Below, piece by piece: positions 49,353 to 60,642 of a stretch of DNA of 64,000 bases. The notes under the pieces were generated by a model. That model was not told the DNA's origin. It saw only the letters and a program-made list of their open reading frames with translations, and searched no databases. The DNA comes from Escherichia coli. GTDB taxonomy: Bacteria; Pseudomonadota; Gammaproteobacteria; Enterobacterales; Enterobacteriaceae. Both the position numbers and the translations under genes were made by a program. The stretch lies in the NCBI RefSeq assembly GCF_030384885.1, contig NZ_CP128615.1. One strand, written 5' to 3'. Numbering within the stretch: position 1 is the first letter of the stretch; the number at the start of each line of letters is the position of its first letter.

Positions 49353-49784
49353 ATGAAACTACAACTTTTCAGCACCGGGAAAGAACTCCCGCCACAGGCC
49401 CATCCATTGTTTGCCGATCTGGCCAGCTGCGGTTTTCCCAGCCCTGCTGCTGACTATGTCGAGTCCGATCTGGATCTCCATGATTACTGCATACGGCATC
49501 CGAGCGCGACGTACTACCTGCGTGCCAGCGGAGACAGCATGGCCGACGGCAGTCTGTACAATGGCGATCTGCTGGTTGTGGACAGTGCTGAAAAGCCGCG
49601 GCACGGCGATATCGTTGTCGCCAGCATGCAGGGGGAGTTTACGGTGAAACGGCTTCTGCTGACGCCGCGACTGACGCTGCAGCCCATGAATGCCTCCTGG
49701 TCGCCGATTTATCCTGATCCCGACGAGCTGGATATCTTTGGCGTCGTCACGCATATCATCCACCGCCCGAGGGAGATGTACTGA
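49353..49784 (+). CDS. umuD: UmuD/MucA/ImpA-family SOS mutagenesis protein (S24 peptidase)
   Basis: ...[20 protein letters not shown]...[22 protein letters not shown]...[10 protein letters not shown]; the 270-aa track ORF is an upstream read-through. Confidence 0.85.
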   Translation: MKLQLFSTGKELPPQAHPLFADLASCGFPSPAADYVESDLDLHDYCIRHPSATYYLRASGDSMADGSLYNGDLLVVDSAEKPRHGDIVVASMQGEFTVKRLLLTPRLTLQPMNASWSPIYPDPDELDIFGVVTHIIHRPREMY

Positions 49785-51055
49785 TGTTTGCCCTGGCCGA
49801 TGTGAACAGCTTCTATGCCAGCTGTGAACGTGTTTTCCGCCCGGATTTGAAAGGAAAGCCGATAGTCGTCCTGAGCAACAACGACGGGAATGTAATCGCT
49901 CGCAGTGCCGAGGCGAAGCCCTGGATCAAAATGGAAACTCCGTGGTTTCAGATAAAAAACGAAAGATACCCGGAAAAAATATATGCGTTTTCAAGTAACT
50001 ATGAACTTTATGCCTCGATGTTGGCGCGCGTGATGAACAGCCTGGAGGAACTGGCCCCCAGAGTGGAACAGTATTCAATTGATGAGATGTTCCTCGATTT
50101 GACCGGCGTGGAGCACTGTATGGAGCTTGAGGACTTCGGCCGGCAGCTGCGTCAGCACGTGTATGACTGTACCCACCTGACCATTGGCGTGGGCGCCGGA
50201 CCAACGAAGACCCTCGCAAAATCAGCCCAGTGGGCCTCAAAAGAGTGGAAACAGTTTCGTGGCGTACTTGCTCTGACCAGGGGAAATCCGCAGAGAACGC
50301 GGAAACTGCTTTCACTGCAGCCGGTTGAAGAAATCTGGGGGGTGGGTAACCGTATTGCACGCAAGCTGAATGTACTGGGCATTAAGACCGCGCTCGATCT
50401 CGCCCTGACGAACCCGGCCTTCATCCGCAAAAATTTTTCTGTGGTCCTTGAGCGAACGGTACGGGAACTGAACGGGGAAAGCTGCCTTTCGCTTGAGGAA
50501 GCCCCTCCGACGAAACAGCAAATTGTCTGCAGCCGCAGTTTTGGCGTGAAGATCACGGAGTACGAGTCACTCCGTCAGGCTATCTGTCAGCACGCAGAGC
50601 GGGCCTCTGAAAAACTGCGTAAAGAGCACCAGTATTGCCGGCATATTTCCGTTTTCATCAAAACGTCTCCGTTCGCCATTAAAGAGCCTTACTACGGCAA
50701 CGTGGCTACGGAAAAACTTCTTACACCCACTCAGGACACCAGGGACATCATTGCAGCCGCTACAACGGCTCTGGAGCGTATCTGGAGGGATGGGCACCGG
50801 TATGCCAAAGCCGGAGTTATGCTGAATGACTTCACCGGCTCCGGCGTTTCGCAGCTGCAGCTGTTCGACGAACGCCCGCCACGCCCTTACAGTGCTGAGC
50901 TGATGAAGGTTCTGGACGGGATCAACAACTCAGGGCTGGGTAAAGTATGGTTTGCGGGGCGGGGTATTGCCCCGGAATGGCAGATGAAACGGGAGATGCT
51001 TTCTCCTGCTTATACGACACGATGGTCAGATATTCCTTCAGCGAAACTGGCGTAA
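49784..51055 (+). CDS. umuC: UmuC/MucB/ImpB-family Y-family translesion DNA polymerase
   Basis: 423 aa [41 protein letters not shown]...; start overlaps umuD-like stop. Confidence 0.9.
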   Translation: MFALADVNSFYASCERVFRPDLKGKPIVVLSNNDGNVIARSAEAKPWIKMETPWFQIKNERYPEKIYAFSSNYELYASMLARVMNSLEELAPRVEQYSIDEMFLDLTGVEHCMELEDFGRQLRQHVYDCTHLTIGVGAGPTKTLAKSAQWASKEWKQFRGVLALTRGNPQRTRKLLSLQPVEEIWGVGNRIARKLNVLGIKTALDLALTNPAFIRKNFSVVLERTVRELNGESCLSLEEAPPTKQQIVCSRSFGVKITEYESLRQAICQHAERASEKLRKEHQYCRHISVFIKTSPFAIKEPYYGNVATEKLLTPTQDTRDIIAAATTALERIWRDGHRYAKAGVMLNDFTGSGVSQLQLFDERPPRPYSAELMKVLDGINNSGLGKVWFAGRGIAPEWQMKREMLSPAYTTRWSDIPSAKLA

Positions 51056-51059
51056 AACT

Positions 51060-51140
51060 TTGGCGATTTCACCTTGAAATTCTCAGCCTAAACTGCCTAA
51101 TTACAATAAGTTAGATGTGAAATCGCCATGGCGAAATTAT
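51060..51140. promoter_or_regulatory. P1-type partition site parS
   Basis: Heptamer ATTTCAC/GTGAAAT and hexamer TCGCCA/TGGCGA boxes flanking an AT-rich (IHF-like) core, immediately downstream of parB. Confidence 0.6.
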
Positions 51141-52114
51141 TGACTCAAATTTCTGTCAAGGACCTCGTTGATAGCCTTGTCCAGTTCATCCTGAATCACT
51201 TTTGACATACGGCTAAACTCATAAGTCAGCGTACGCCCTTTCACACGCTTACGCGCGAACTTGTCCTTTTCTTCAAAAGACCAGAGTGGGGAAACCACTG
51301 ACTTTTCCTTGGGAGATGGATCTATCAATGCCTGAGATGCCTGAGAAATCAGCTTCAGTATACTGGCTTTCTGTTCGTCTTCTGGTCGCTCGCCTTCACT
51401 CAAAATTGCATCGAGCTGAGCTGATACAGACTGAATGAGTTCTTCAGGCGTTAATCCCTTTTCACTGAGTTTTTCATTAACTTCTAAAAGAAGTTTATAG
51501 TCACTAAACGATAGCTCCGACTGAACCGGGAACAGAGAAATCAAGTCTTGCGGTACGGCCGCCGCCTGCAGCGCCCTGGTAACTTTAGCTTGAGATAACC
51601 CCTCCAGTTCAGCAATTTCCTTTTGATTAAATCCGGACTCTTTAAGAGCGATCAATCTCAGGCCAATCTCCCGAAGATTATGTTCTTTAGCTGTCTGGAT
51701 ATCTTTAGCCAGTTGGCGAGCTTCATCAGCTGATAAATGCTCTTCGGTAACCATTACATCAAGGCCTGTACGGACAAAAATTGCTGAGGCTCGCCGTCTT
51801 GAACCATCCAGTATCTCAATCCTTTCACTTTGCTTAATACCAATACAGGGAAAGAACTGCTGAAACTTAATCGTCTGGATAATGGATTTCAGGGATTCCC
51901 TGGTCAGTGCAAGTTGATCTCTTCCGTTGTTTTCCTGGTTTACGAAGGTCTTACTTTCAACTTCAGATGCAGGCACCCGAACAAACCTGAACGTTACCTT
52001 CCTGCCGGTTTTTAAGGTAAATACCTGGCTTCTACCGGTGTCCGTCATTTCCGCAATTGACGCCTGGGTATTTAACTGTCTGCCGATGGTTTTTCTTTTC
52101 TCATTCGACATCAC
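51137..52114 (-). CDS. parB: P1-type partition protein ParB
   Basis: 325 aa; ...EILDGSRRRAS...GLSQAKVTRALQAA...RFARKRVKGR... strongly resembles P1 ParB. Confidence 0.9.
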   Translation of the reverse strand: MMSNEKRKTIGRQLNTQASIAEMTDTGRSQVFTLKTGRKVTFRFVRVPASEVESKTFVNQENNGRDQLALTRESLKSIIQTIKFQQFFPCIGIKQSERIEILDGSRRRASAIFVRTGLDVMVTEEHLSADEARQLAKDIQTAKEHNLREIGLRLIALKESGFNQKEIAELEGLSQAKVTRALQAAAVPQDLISLFPVQSELSFSDYKLLLEVNEKLSEKGLTPEELIQSVSAQLDAILSEGERPEDEQKASILKLISQASQALIDPSPKEKSVVSPLWSFEEKDKFARKRVKGRTLTYEFSRMSKVIQDELDKAINEVLDRNLSQ

Positions 52115-53316
52115 ATACCTCCGTTAGTACGAATGAACTCGATGCGATCAAAGACTGCCTTCGCAAAGTCTTCCGCTGCTGATTTTGCGCTTTTTAGTGC
52201 CTCTGTACTTCCATCATAGGTTGCTGGATTTGCTGAAATAACTGTGTCAAAAGTCTCCCCACAACGTTCGAAACCATCCAGTCTTGGCAGAACCATGTCT
52301 AGCATATCGGCACCGAAAACCTCTTTGGCCTGACTATGGCAAATTTTGTGATCAGACTTGTTCAGGATCTTGGACATGAAGCCGACATTACCGATGAGAT
52401 TGCAGGTGTGCCCATCCATTTCGATGGAATCTATGAGGGCAGGGAGGCTGGCCACAAACTTCAGGGAAGAATGAAAATCAACCGTCGCCGGTGGAAGAGG
52501 GGTCAACATCAGGTCTGCCGCCCCAATGCAGTTTTTCAGGAACGCATCAAGGTGAGGACCACTATCAAGGAAAATAAAGTCGTAGTCATGCTGGAGCTTG
52601 TCGATAATGTTCTCTTTAAGCACCGCATGAATATTTTTCCCTGGCAGATGTTCTTCACACAATCCCTTCCAGCCTTCAGCAAGGAATGCATCGTCAATGG
52701 AAGCGGGGATTACATCAACACCAGGGATAATAGACGGTACTATAAAATCGGAAAGTAATTCTTCACGAGACACGTTCTGGAGCATGGCCTGAGCAGCCGT
52801 ATTTTCAACCAAGCCCACTGAATTCTCATGGCTCAGGAACATTGTCAGAGATGCCTGCGGATCGAAATCGATGGCCAGAATACGCAGGTCTTCGAACAGA
52901 AGCTGAGGATGAGCTCGAAAAGCATGTGATAATGAAGCGGTAGAAACTGTCTTGGAACCACCACCTTTAAGATTACATACAAAAATCGTAAAGGCTTTAT
53001 CGAAGCGATCCCTGTACTTCGGTACTTTACGATGGTTATACAGATCGATGACATTCTGAATCGTCATCGCGTATTTCATCGTATTACCAGAAGGTTTCTT
53101 TTTAAAAATGTAGCCACCGGCTTCCATTTCGGACACAGCATACTCAACACTGCCTTTACTGAGCTTAGGCAGCTTATACAGAGCGGCTTTGCTGTATTCC
53201 TGATAGAACTCGGTAAGCTTCAATTCCTCTTTTTGCTGTCGGATACTTTCGCTCAAAGATGTCAGAAGCTTACCTGCACGTGTAGCGACTTTCCGTAACT
53301 GCTCAATATTGTCCAT
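52111..53316 (-). CDS. parA: P1-type partition ATPase ParA (type Ia)
   Basis: 401 aa; Walker A-containing NLKGGGSKTVSTASLSHA and N-terminal DNA-binding extension as in P1 ParA. Confidence 0.9.
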   Translation of the reverse strand: MDNIEQLRKVATRAGKLLTSLSESIRQQKEELKLTEFYQEYSKAALYKLPKLSKGSVEYAVSEMEAGGYIFKKKPSGNTMKYAMTIQNVIDLYNHRKVPKYRDRFDKAFTIFVCNLKGGGSKTVSTASLSHAFRAHPQLLFEDLRILAIDFDPQASLTMFLSHENSVGLVENTAAQAMLQNVSREELLSDFIVPSIIPGVDVIPASIDDAFLAEGWKGLCEEHLPGKNIHAVLKENIIDKLQHDYDFIFLDSGPHLDAFLKNCIGAADLMLTPLPPATVDFHSSLKFVASLPALIDSIEMDGHTCNLIGNVGFMSKILNKSDHKICHSQAKEVFGADMLDMVLPRLDGFERCGETFDTVISANPATYDGSTEALKSAKSAAEDFAKAVFDRIEFIRTNGGM

Positions 53317-53707
53317 TTATCACCTCATGACGTTTTTTGTCATTTTGAACAAAAAGTGTCATGTTGCAAGAAAAAAATCATATTGTTTTGATTTCGCTCT
53401 CAACAGAAGGGGGATGAAGCTCGACGGGCGTGCTACTAAATCACACTGCAGCAACACGCAGACGCACTTTTGACCATCAACAGCAACTCATACAAAAGGG
53501 CTTTGAGAAAGGTATTCAACTTGCAAGACAGGAGAGTCATTCAGAAGGATTCTGATTTTAGTTACGACCAGTGCAATGCTGAGCCTTATGTATCAGCGCT
53601 CGCCGCAGCCATGTAACCGAGCGTAGCGAGCGAACTGGCGAGGAAGCGAAGAGGAACCGTTCCGGCAGATAGCTCTTACGCTCAGCACAAGAAGAGTTTT
53701 CCATCCT

Positions 53708-54125
53708 CTGTGGGAAACAGGTCAACTTTAATGGACGCTCCGGACTATGGGAAACAGGTCAACTTCGCGGACGGCCCGGACTATGGGAAACAGGTCAACT
53801 TCACGGGCGGCCGGGAGTGTGGGGAACAGGTCAACTTCGCGGACGGCCCGGATTATGGGAAACAGGTCAACTTCGCGGGCGGCCGGGACTGTGGGAAACA
53901 GGTCAACTTTGCAGACGGCCCGGACTGTGGGAAACAGGTCAACTTCGCGGGCGGCCGGGAGTGTGGGGAACAGGTCAACTTCGCGGACGGCCCGGACTAA
54001 GGGAAACAGGTCAGCTTCTCGGACGGCCCGGACTATGGGAAACAGGTCAACTTCTCGGACGGTCGGGAGTGTGGGAAACAGGTCAAGTTAGGCAAGCACT
54101 ATGGGAAACACAGCAAGTTCAGTAT
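53708..54125. repeat. Array of about 11 direct 36-bp repeats (TGGGAAACAGGTCAACTT core); iteron/copy-control locus downstream of repA
   Basis: Regular 36-bp period read directly; located between repA stop and parA start. Confidence 0.85.
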
Positions 54126-54176
54126 CCCCCCATATGTCAGCAACAAACTAAGGGGGGAGGAAATAAAAATTACAGA

Positions 54177-55043
54177 CTATTGTTTTTTATCAAGAAAATT
54201 AAACAGCAAGCGACCATCTTCTTCAGTGGTATATGTTACCTTTAATGGCGTCTTCTCATTAATTTTCTTCAGAGCAGGTTCCAGGAAGGTACGCTTCATT
54301 TCAGCAATATTGTTTTTCTGCGAGGCAGGGAGCATAAACCTTTCACATAACCAGTCATGTGTGGTGATCCAGACACCAGTGCTCCGGAACTGACACAGGC
54401 TTTCATAAAGCCGGATGACACGAACACTATTAAGCTGGCCACAGTCATAGAGAGAATAGGTAGTGAACTGGGAGGTTAAGCCGACCAGGAATGGCATGAC
54501 CTTGTAGTTAAATTCAATCTGCCAGGAACCCCGGCCTCGCTTCATTCCTGCTTCAGCCAGCCACGGACGTTTAACTTCTTCAAACTCACCTTCTTTTGGA
54601 TAAAAGGTAACCGTTGATTCGCCCAGAGCATTTACCCCAGCCTTCACATCACGACTGGCGACAGACGTAGCGACATTGAAGTATTTGACGTAATCGGAAA
54701 CGCTGATTTTGAAGAGCGGCAATACGTCAGAGTCATCTTCCTGGCTGTCATTAAAATAGGCCTGCATGAGGCATAACCACAGCACACGTTTTGCCTGAAG
54801 AGGCAGGTAATATGCAGCTTCGGTCAATTCGTTAGATTGCTTTATACTGGCGCGTTTTTTAAACGTTTTAGTAGCTGGCAAGAGTGCTTGAGTATCCATT
54901 TCAATGCCTATGGGTAAATTTTTACCCACCCATAATGACAGTGAAAACAGAAATTGCAAGCTATCGCGATACTTATCCACCGGAAAAATCTGCACTTTAT
55001 CCACAAGTGGATAATTGAGAACTGAACTTGACCTCTTTCCCAT
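54177..55043 (-). CDS. repA: Rep_3-family replication initiator RepA (RepE of F-like)
   Basis: 288 aa; ...IKQSNELTEAAYYLPLQAKRVLWLCL...VIRLYESLCQFR... parallels F RepE. Confidence 0.85.
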   Translation of the reverse strand: MGKRSSSVLNYPLVDKVQIFPVDKYRDSLQFLFSLSLWVGKNLPIGIEMDTQALLPATKTFKKRASIKQSNELTEAAYYLPLQAKRVLWLCLMQAYFNDSQEDDSDVLPLFKISVSDYVKYFNVATSVASRDVKAGVNALGESTVTFYPKEGEFEEVKRPWLAEAGMKRGRGSWQIEFNYKVMPFLVGLTSQFTTYSLYDCGQLNSVRVIRLYESLCQFRSTGVWITTHDWLCERFMLPASQKNNIAEMKRTFLEPALKKINEKTPLKVTYTTEEDGRLLFNFLDKKQ

Positions 55044-55260
55044 AGCTTGTTGATGCGTATCCCATAGCTTGTTGACACAAAACCCACTGATACGTGATTA
55101 ATTTCCCATATTATGTTTACCAGTTGCCCATACAGGCCCCCTCTCAGGCCGCACTGTACGCGGCTTTCAGGCTCCCTAAAAGATGTAAAATAAAGAAAAA
55201 GAATAAAAAAGTACTTTATAAAAATATGCCCGTGGATAAGTGGATAACCCCGAGGGGAGG
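55030..55260. promoter_or_regulatory. Probable replication origin: short repeats over the repA start, AT-rich stretch, two tandem DnaA boxes (55231-55249)
   Basis: CCCATAGCTTGTTGA x2, A/T-rich 55170-55230, GTGGATAAGTGGATAAC. Confidence 0.5.
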
Positions 55261-55772
55261 TGATTTTTCAGGCATTGAGCGTAAGCAGAATTTATAAGTT
55301 TTGTTCCCTGGTGCTTCCTCGCTCACTCGGGGCTTCGCCCTGTCGCTCGACTGCGGCGAGCACTGCTGGCTCGATCATATCCGTGGCCGGAAGATACTAC
55401 TCCTCCCCCGAGTCGCTCTCCAGAGCCGGCTACAGCGAGACAACCCGCACGAAGATTTCTATCGTCCCTGCAGACATATTCGAATCGTTTTTATTAACCC
55501 TGGCTTCCGTCGTGACAGAACACTACGTCCTGTAAAAGGGGGACTAAGGCCCCTGAATCACACACCTGAATAATGCGGAGTTTTACGATAATGTCATTGC
55601 TGGAAACTTTCCTGACCGCTTCTCAGGGGGCAACAATCCTGTTCCTTGCCATGCTGATCTACTGGCAAAAGCGATAAATCCAAGCGGGCTGGCCTTTGGC
55701 CAGCTTCGCTGTATAAGGGGAAAAATGCGGCATATCCAGACATTTCACTAGGCAATTTGAATTCAGATATCT

Positions 55773-56063
55773 ATGCTTGGGATCCGGTCAACAGGAGGTA
55801 ACAAGATGAAACTTGAAACTATACAGATAGATAATACCGTAAGGAGTGGTCTTAATTCTTTCACTGACGGGGTGATTATTCGTGATACAAAGGTATTGAT
55901 CACGCTCAATCTCCCGGATGGACAGAAAACCACTATTGAGGGGGAATGGCGGCATATGTCGGACGCCAACAGGTTGTCAGAACGTATTACGATGCTTCAG
56001 CATGCGATCTATGAGCAGTATGAGGAATACAGAGCAGATATTCCCGTCAGCTGGTCCAGATAA
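55773..56063 (+). CDS. Hypothetical protein (probable start at internal MKLETIQ, preceded by AGGAGG)
   Basis: ORF only; no recognisable motif. Confidence 0.3.
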   Translation: MLGIRSTGGNKMKLETIQIDNTVRSGLNSFTDGVIIRDTKVLITLNLPDGQKTTIEGEWRHMSDANRLSERITMLQHAIYEQYEEYRADIPVSWSR

Positions 56064-56120
56064 CGTCTGACAGACCTCCCCGGCGAGCAGGACGTTCGCC
56101 AGCATCATTCTCCTAAGTAC

Positions 56121-56899
56121 TTAAATATTCCCTTTCAGCATGGCTACCGCATCCGCTTCGGGCATCTGAAACTGAACTCGATGCCGCGCAGCAACATCAA
56201 GTGCGAACACCTTCGTATAGACTTCCGTCGAGCTAATCGATTTGTGGCCCATCAGGCTCTGCAAAACCTTCAGTGGTATGCCGGCATACAGCACATATGC
56301 ATCGCGTAGGAGTGGCGGAACGTATGCGGGGTGACCGGCACCGAGAATGTCACCCCGTCGACGGCGGCCGCTTCAACCGCTTCGCCAATCCAGGTCCGTA
56401 CTGTCCGGTCGGTGATGTCCCAGATGCGGGCTTTCTCTGTTCTGCCGGTACGCTTGTTGCGTCTTTCCAGCGGAATTTTCAGGGTGGCCACCATCATCTG
56501 CAGCTGGCTGACGTAGTGGTGATCGGAAAGCGGAACCAGACGATGAGCCTGGCTACCGGCGGGAGCTCGGCCGGCTGTCCTGGCCGCTTTTTCGGTGCGC
56601 TGCTTAAGCGTGGCCAGCTGCACGAACGGATACGGTGGCACCAGCGAAAAATCCCCCCGGGTCAGCGCCAGCGCCTCGTTGATACGTGCGCCGGTGTTCC
56701 AGAGGGTTGCCAGCAGCATCTTGCGGTGCAAATCGGGCACATAATGGAGCAGGGCGCTGACTTCCGGTGCCAGCAGGTATTTCGGTAGTTCATCTTGAAC
56801 GAGCGCCATCTGGCGCAGGGCCAGCGCGGCGGGATAGTCAATGGCCACCGGCATTTGCGCCGGCTGCTGCGGGTGAGAATATGATAAGAGGCCGCTCAT
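56121..56899 (-). pseudogene. Tyrosine site-specific recombinase (ResD/XerD-like resolvase), frameshifted
   Basis: N-terminal 209 codons (track 56270-56899) end at ...TFRHSYAMHM; the conserved C-terminus ...LYAGIPLKVLQSLMGHKSISSTEVYTKV... continues in another frame (2-bp shift near 56285). Confidence 0.7.
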
Positions 56900-57639
56900 T
56901 GGTTTGACATTCCATCAGGTATCACTAATTGATTCCACTCCCTGTTGCGGGTAGCTTCAGCAGCGCGCAGGGCTCTTTCGCGCCTCCAGACTTTACGAAA
57001 CACGGAAACTGCAGACCATTCATCATGACCTGTAAGACGTGTTTCGGGCATCCCGGTTGCCTTGCGCAGACGGACGGCAAGAATGACAGCGTTGATGCCC
57101 AAGCGCGTGAACTGATACTGCCGTTCCCTGAAATAGTCCTTATGCCAAGGAGGGTCGGAGTATTCGGCGGCATATGCAATTGCCCTGTGGGCCTCATCCT
57201 GGAGCACCGGCAGTTCACGGATGCGATACATAAGACGTGGCTCTAAAGTCCGCCAGTCACCGGAGACATCGATCAGATTCAGTTCAGGGTAATTCGTGAC
57301 AGCTTTTCTCTCAGGCTGGGGGGCATCATCATCCTGGCCGTCATCCGTCACAACCCGGAAACAACCCTCAGCATACCGTTCAAGCATGAATACCAACTCG
57401 GTGGCAATGTAATGCAGTTCCTTTTTCATTTTATCTTCTGACGCCTGTCTCTCACGCTTAAGCGTGAAATAATGTGTCAGCCAGATGCCAGTGAGTGTTA
57501 TACCCCCAGTAAGCAGGCCAGTGATAAGCCCGGTTGCCACGTTTCCCCAGATCCCCGCCCCTTGATTAATCAGCTGTACGGAAACCGGATGGGATGTCGC
57601 AGCAACTATACTCTCAGTTGCGGCCTGTATATCAGTCAT
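56896..57639 (-). CDS. Hypothetical membrane protein (247 aa)
   Basis: Predicted TM segment GIWGNVATGLITGLLTGGITLTGIWL; start overlaps the recombinase gene. Confidence 0.4.
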   Translation of the reverse strand: MTDIQAATESIVAATSHPVSVQLINQGAGIWGNVATGLITGLLTGGITLTGIWLTHYFTLKRERQASEDKMKKELHYIATELVFMLERYAEGCFRVVTDDGQDDDAPQPERKAVTNYPELNLIDVSGDWRTLEPRLMYRIRELPVLQDEAHRAIAYAAEYSDPPWHKDYFRERQYQFTRLGINAVILAVRLRKATGMPETRLTGHDEWSAVSVFRKVWRRERALRAAEATRNREWNQLVIPDGMSNQ

Positions 57640-57689
57640 TGATCATTTACCCCTTTATATTCCTGAGAAATCCCGCCCTCTGTCCGTAG

Positions 57690-58040
57690 TCAGCGGCCGG
57701 CAGCCAGCTCTTCAGCCAGTTTCACAAACCTTTTGTGCTCAGTCTGCAGGTAATGGCTGTAAATCCGGGCATCACGTTCTGTCAGTCCGGATGGATTGCC
57801 GGTGAAGTAACGTTGCAGCACCGCAATACAGTGATTGTAGGTATCGAGATCATATTCCCAGTTTCCCAGCTCACCGGCCGCATCCAGTTCCTGGCGAAAC
57901 TGCTCGTATTTACGGAGCAGAATGCCAAGACCTAATTCTGTTGCAGCATAAAGATTATTTTCTCCTGGCGCGGAAATCGCATTACGGATTTTTTCAAAAG
58001 CATAACTGAAATCATTTCTCTCATTGAATGCAGTAAACAT
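57690..58040 (-). CDS. Hypothetical protein (116 aa)
   Basis: ORF only; co-oriented with and 50 bp upstream of the membrane protein gene. Confidence 0.4.
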   Translation of the reverse strand: MFTAFNERNDFSYAFEKIRNAISAPGENNLYAATELGLGILLRKYEQFRQELDAAGELGNWEYDLDTYNHCIAVLQRYFTGNPSGLTERDARIYSHYLQTEHKRFVKLAEELAAGR

Positions 58041-58610
58041 GTCCTTTCCTCAGTTGAATAGTTAGCCGTGCAATTTTACCACACCTCAATCATCGTCAGA
58101 TGAGTGCCACTCTGTCGCGACAGTGACTTTCACGAGAGTGATTTTCACATACTAAAATAATAAGCAGCCATATAACAACGTAATTAAATTACCTGACGGC
58201 CGCTCTGGCCGGATCCGACTTTTATGTTATTCCACAGTTTCCGGAAGTGTACCACGCACACGGAATAACCACAGCGCCCTTTCAGGGTGGTGAGCGGCCG
58301 GTCACGGGGCAGGGGAGGGGCACAACATATATGGTCACTGACAGCTGGAAACACCGCTACATCTTGTGTTTCCGGGCCGCTGCGCGCCGGCGGGGCTGAA
58401 TCAGATCCGGAACTGGTGGTTTTCGGATCTGCGGTGGAGAAATGAGAAAACAGGATATGCGCAGCATATCCACATGCCACGCATCTGCATAGGGCAGACA
58501 TACGCATATGTCAGTCATCTGCATATGTTACACCTATACAGACCAGTCCGGCAGGCATATACTGCACATATGTACTCACACATCATGCATGATCAGCCGG
58601 AGGAACATCC

Positions 58611-58841
58611 ATGCGCACAGTTTCGATATTTAAAAACGGCAATAACCGCGCCATCCGTCTGCCCCGGGACCTGGATTTTGACGGCGTCAGCGAGCTGGAG
58701 ATCGTCCGGGAAGGGGACAGCATCATTCTGCGTCCCGTCCGGCCGACCTGGGGCTCGTTCGCGCAGCTGGACAGGGCCGATCCGGACTTTATGGCGGAGC
58801 GTGAGGATGTGGTCAGCGATGAAGGACGCTTTGAGCCATGA
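58611..58841 (+). CDS. vapB: VapB/VagC antitoxin, second copy
   Basis: Protein identical to the copy at 2446; promoter region related but diverged. Confidence 0.9.
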   Translation: MRTVSIFKNGNNRAIRLPRDLDFDGVSELEIVREGDSIILRPVRPTWGSFAQLDRADPDFMAEREDVVSDEGRFEP

Positions 58842-58931
58842 AGAAAACCTGGATGCTCGACACTAACATCTGCTCGTTCATCATGCGCGAGCAGCCGGCA
58901 GCGGTGCTGAAGCGCCTGGAGCAGGCGGTGC

Positions 58932-58932
<1 letters not shown>
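58838..58932 (+). pseudogene. vapC: vapC, truncated after about 31 codons by an IS21-family element
   Basis: MKKTWMLDTNICSFIMREQPAAVLKRLEQAVL then IS terminal sequence TGTCAACGCCACGATG. Confidence 0.85.
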
Positions 58933-60440
<1,508 letters not shown>

Positions 60441-60604
60441 AAAACTGTCAGCGCTGCGAGGACGAAGAAAGTATTACGGCTAAAGCCGTAATACCTCCCC
60501 ATCCAGCTTCAAGCTATGTAGAAACTTATGTGGGTAGAGCAGTCCCGACAGGGCAGTACCGCATTGACAGGCCGTCAGGGCCACTTACGAGCTTGTATGA
60601 CAAG

Positions 60605-60642
60605 GGGGGCCGTCTGGATATAGCGAATTATTGTACGGTAAG
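60605..60642. repeat. Tn3-family 38-bp inverted-repeat-like sequence
   Basis: GGGGGCCGTCTGGATATAGCGAATTATTGTACGGTAAG, 30 of 38 matches to the IR at 34373 and in the same orientation. Confidence 0.45.

Noticed and set aside
48972-49784. 270-aa ORF upstream-extended umuD-like gene
   Set aside because: The extension crosses the LexA box and intron-flanking sequence; the homologous region begins at the ATG at 49353 preceded by an RBS.
53708-54125. Possible CRISPR array (regular 36-bp repeats)
   Set aside because: No spacers between units; lies between repA and parA in the position of a replicon copy-control array.
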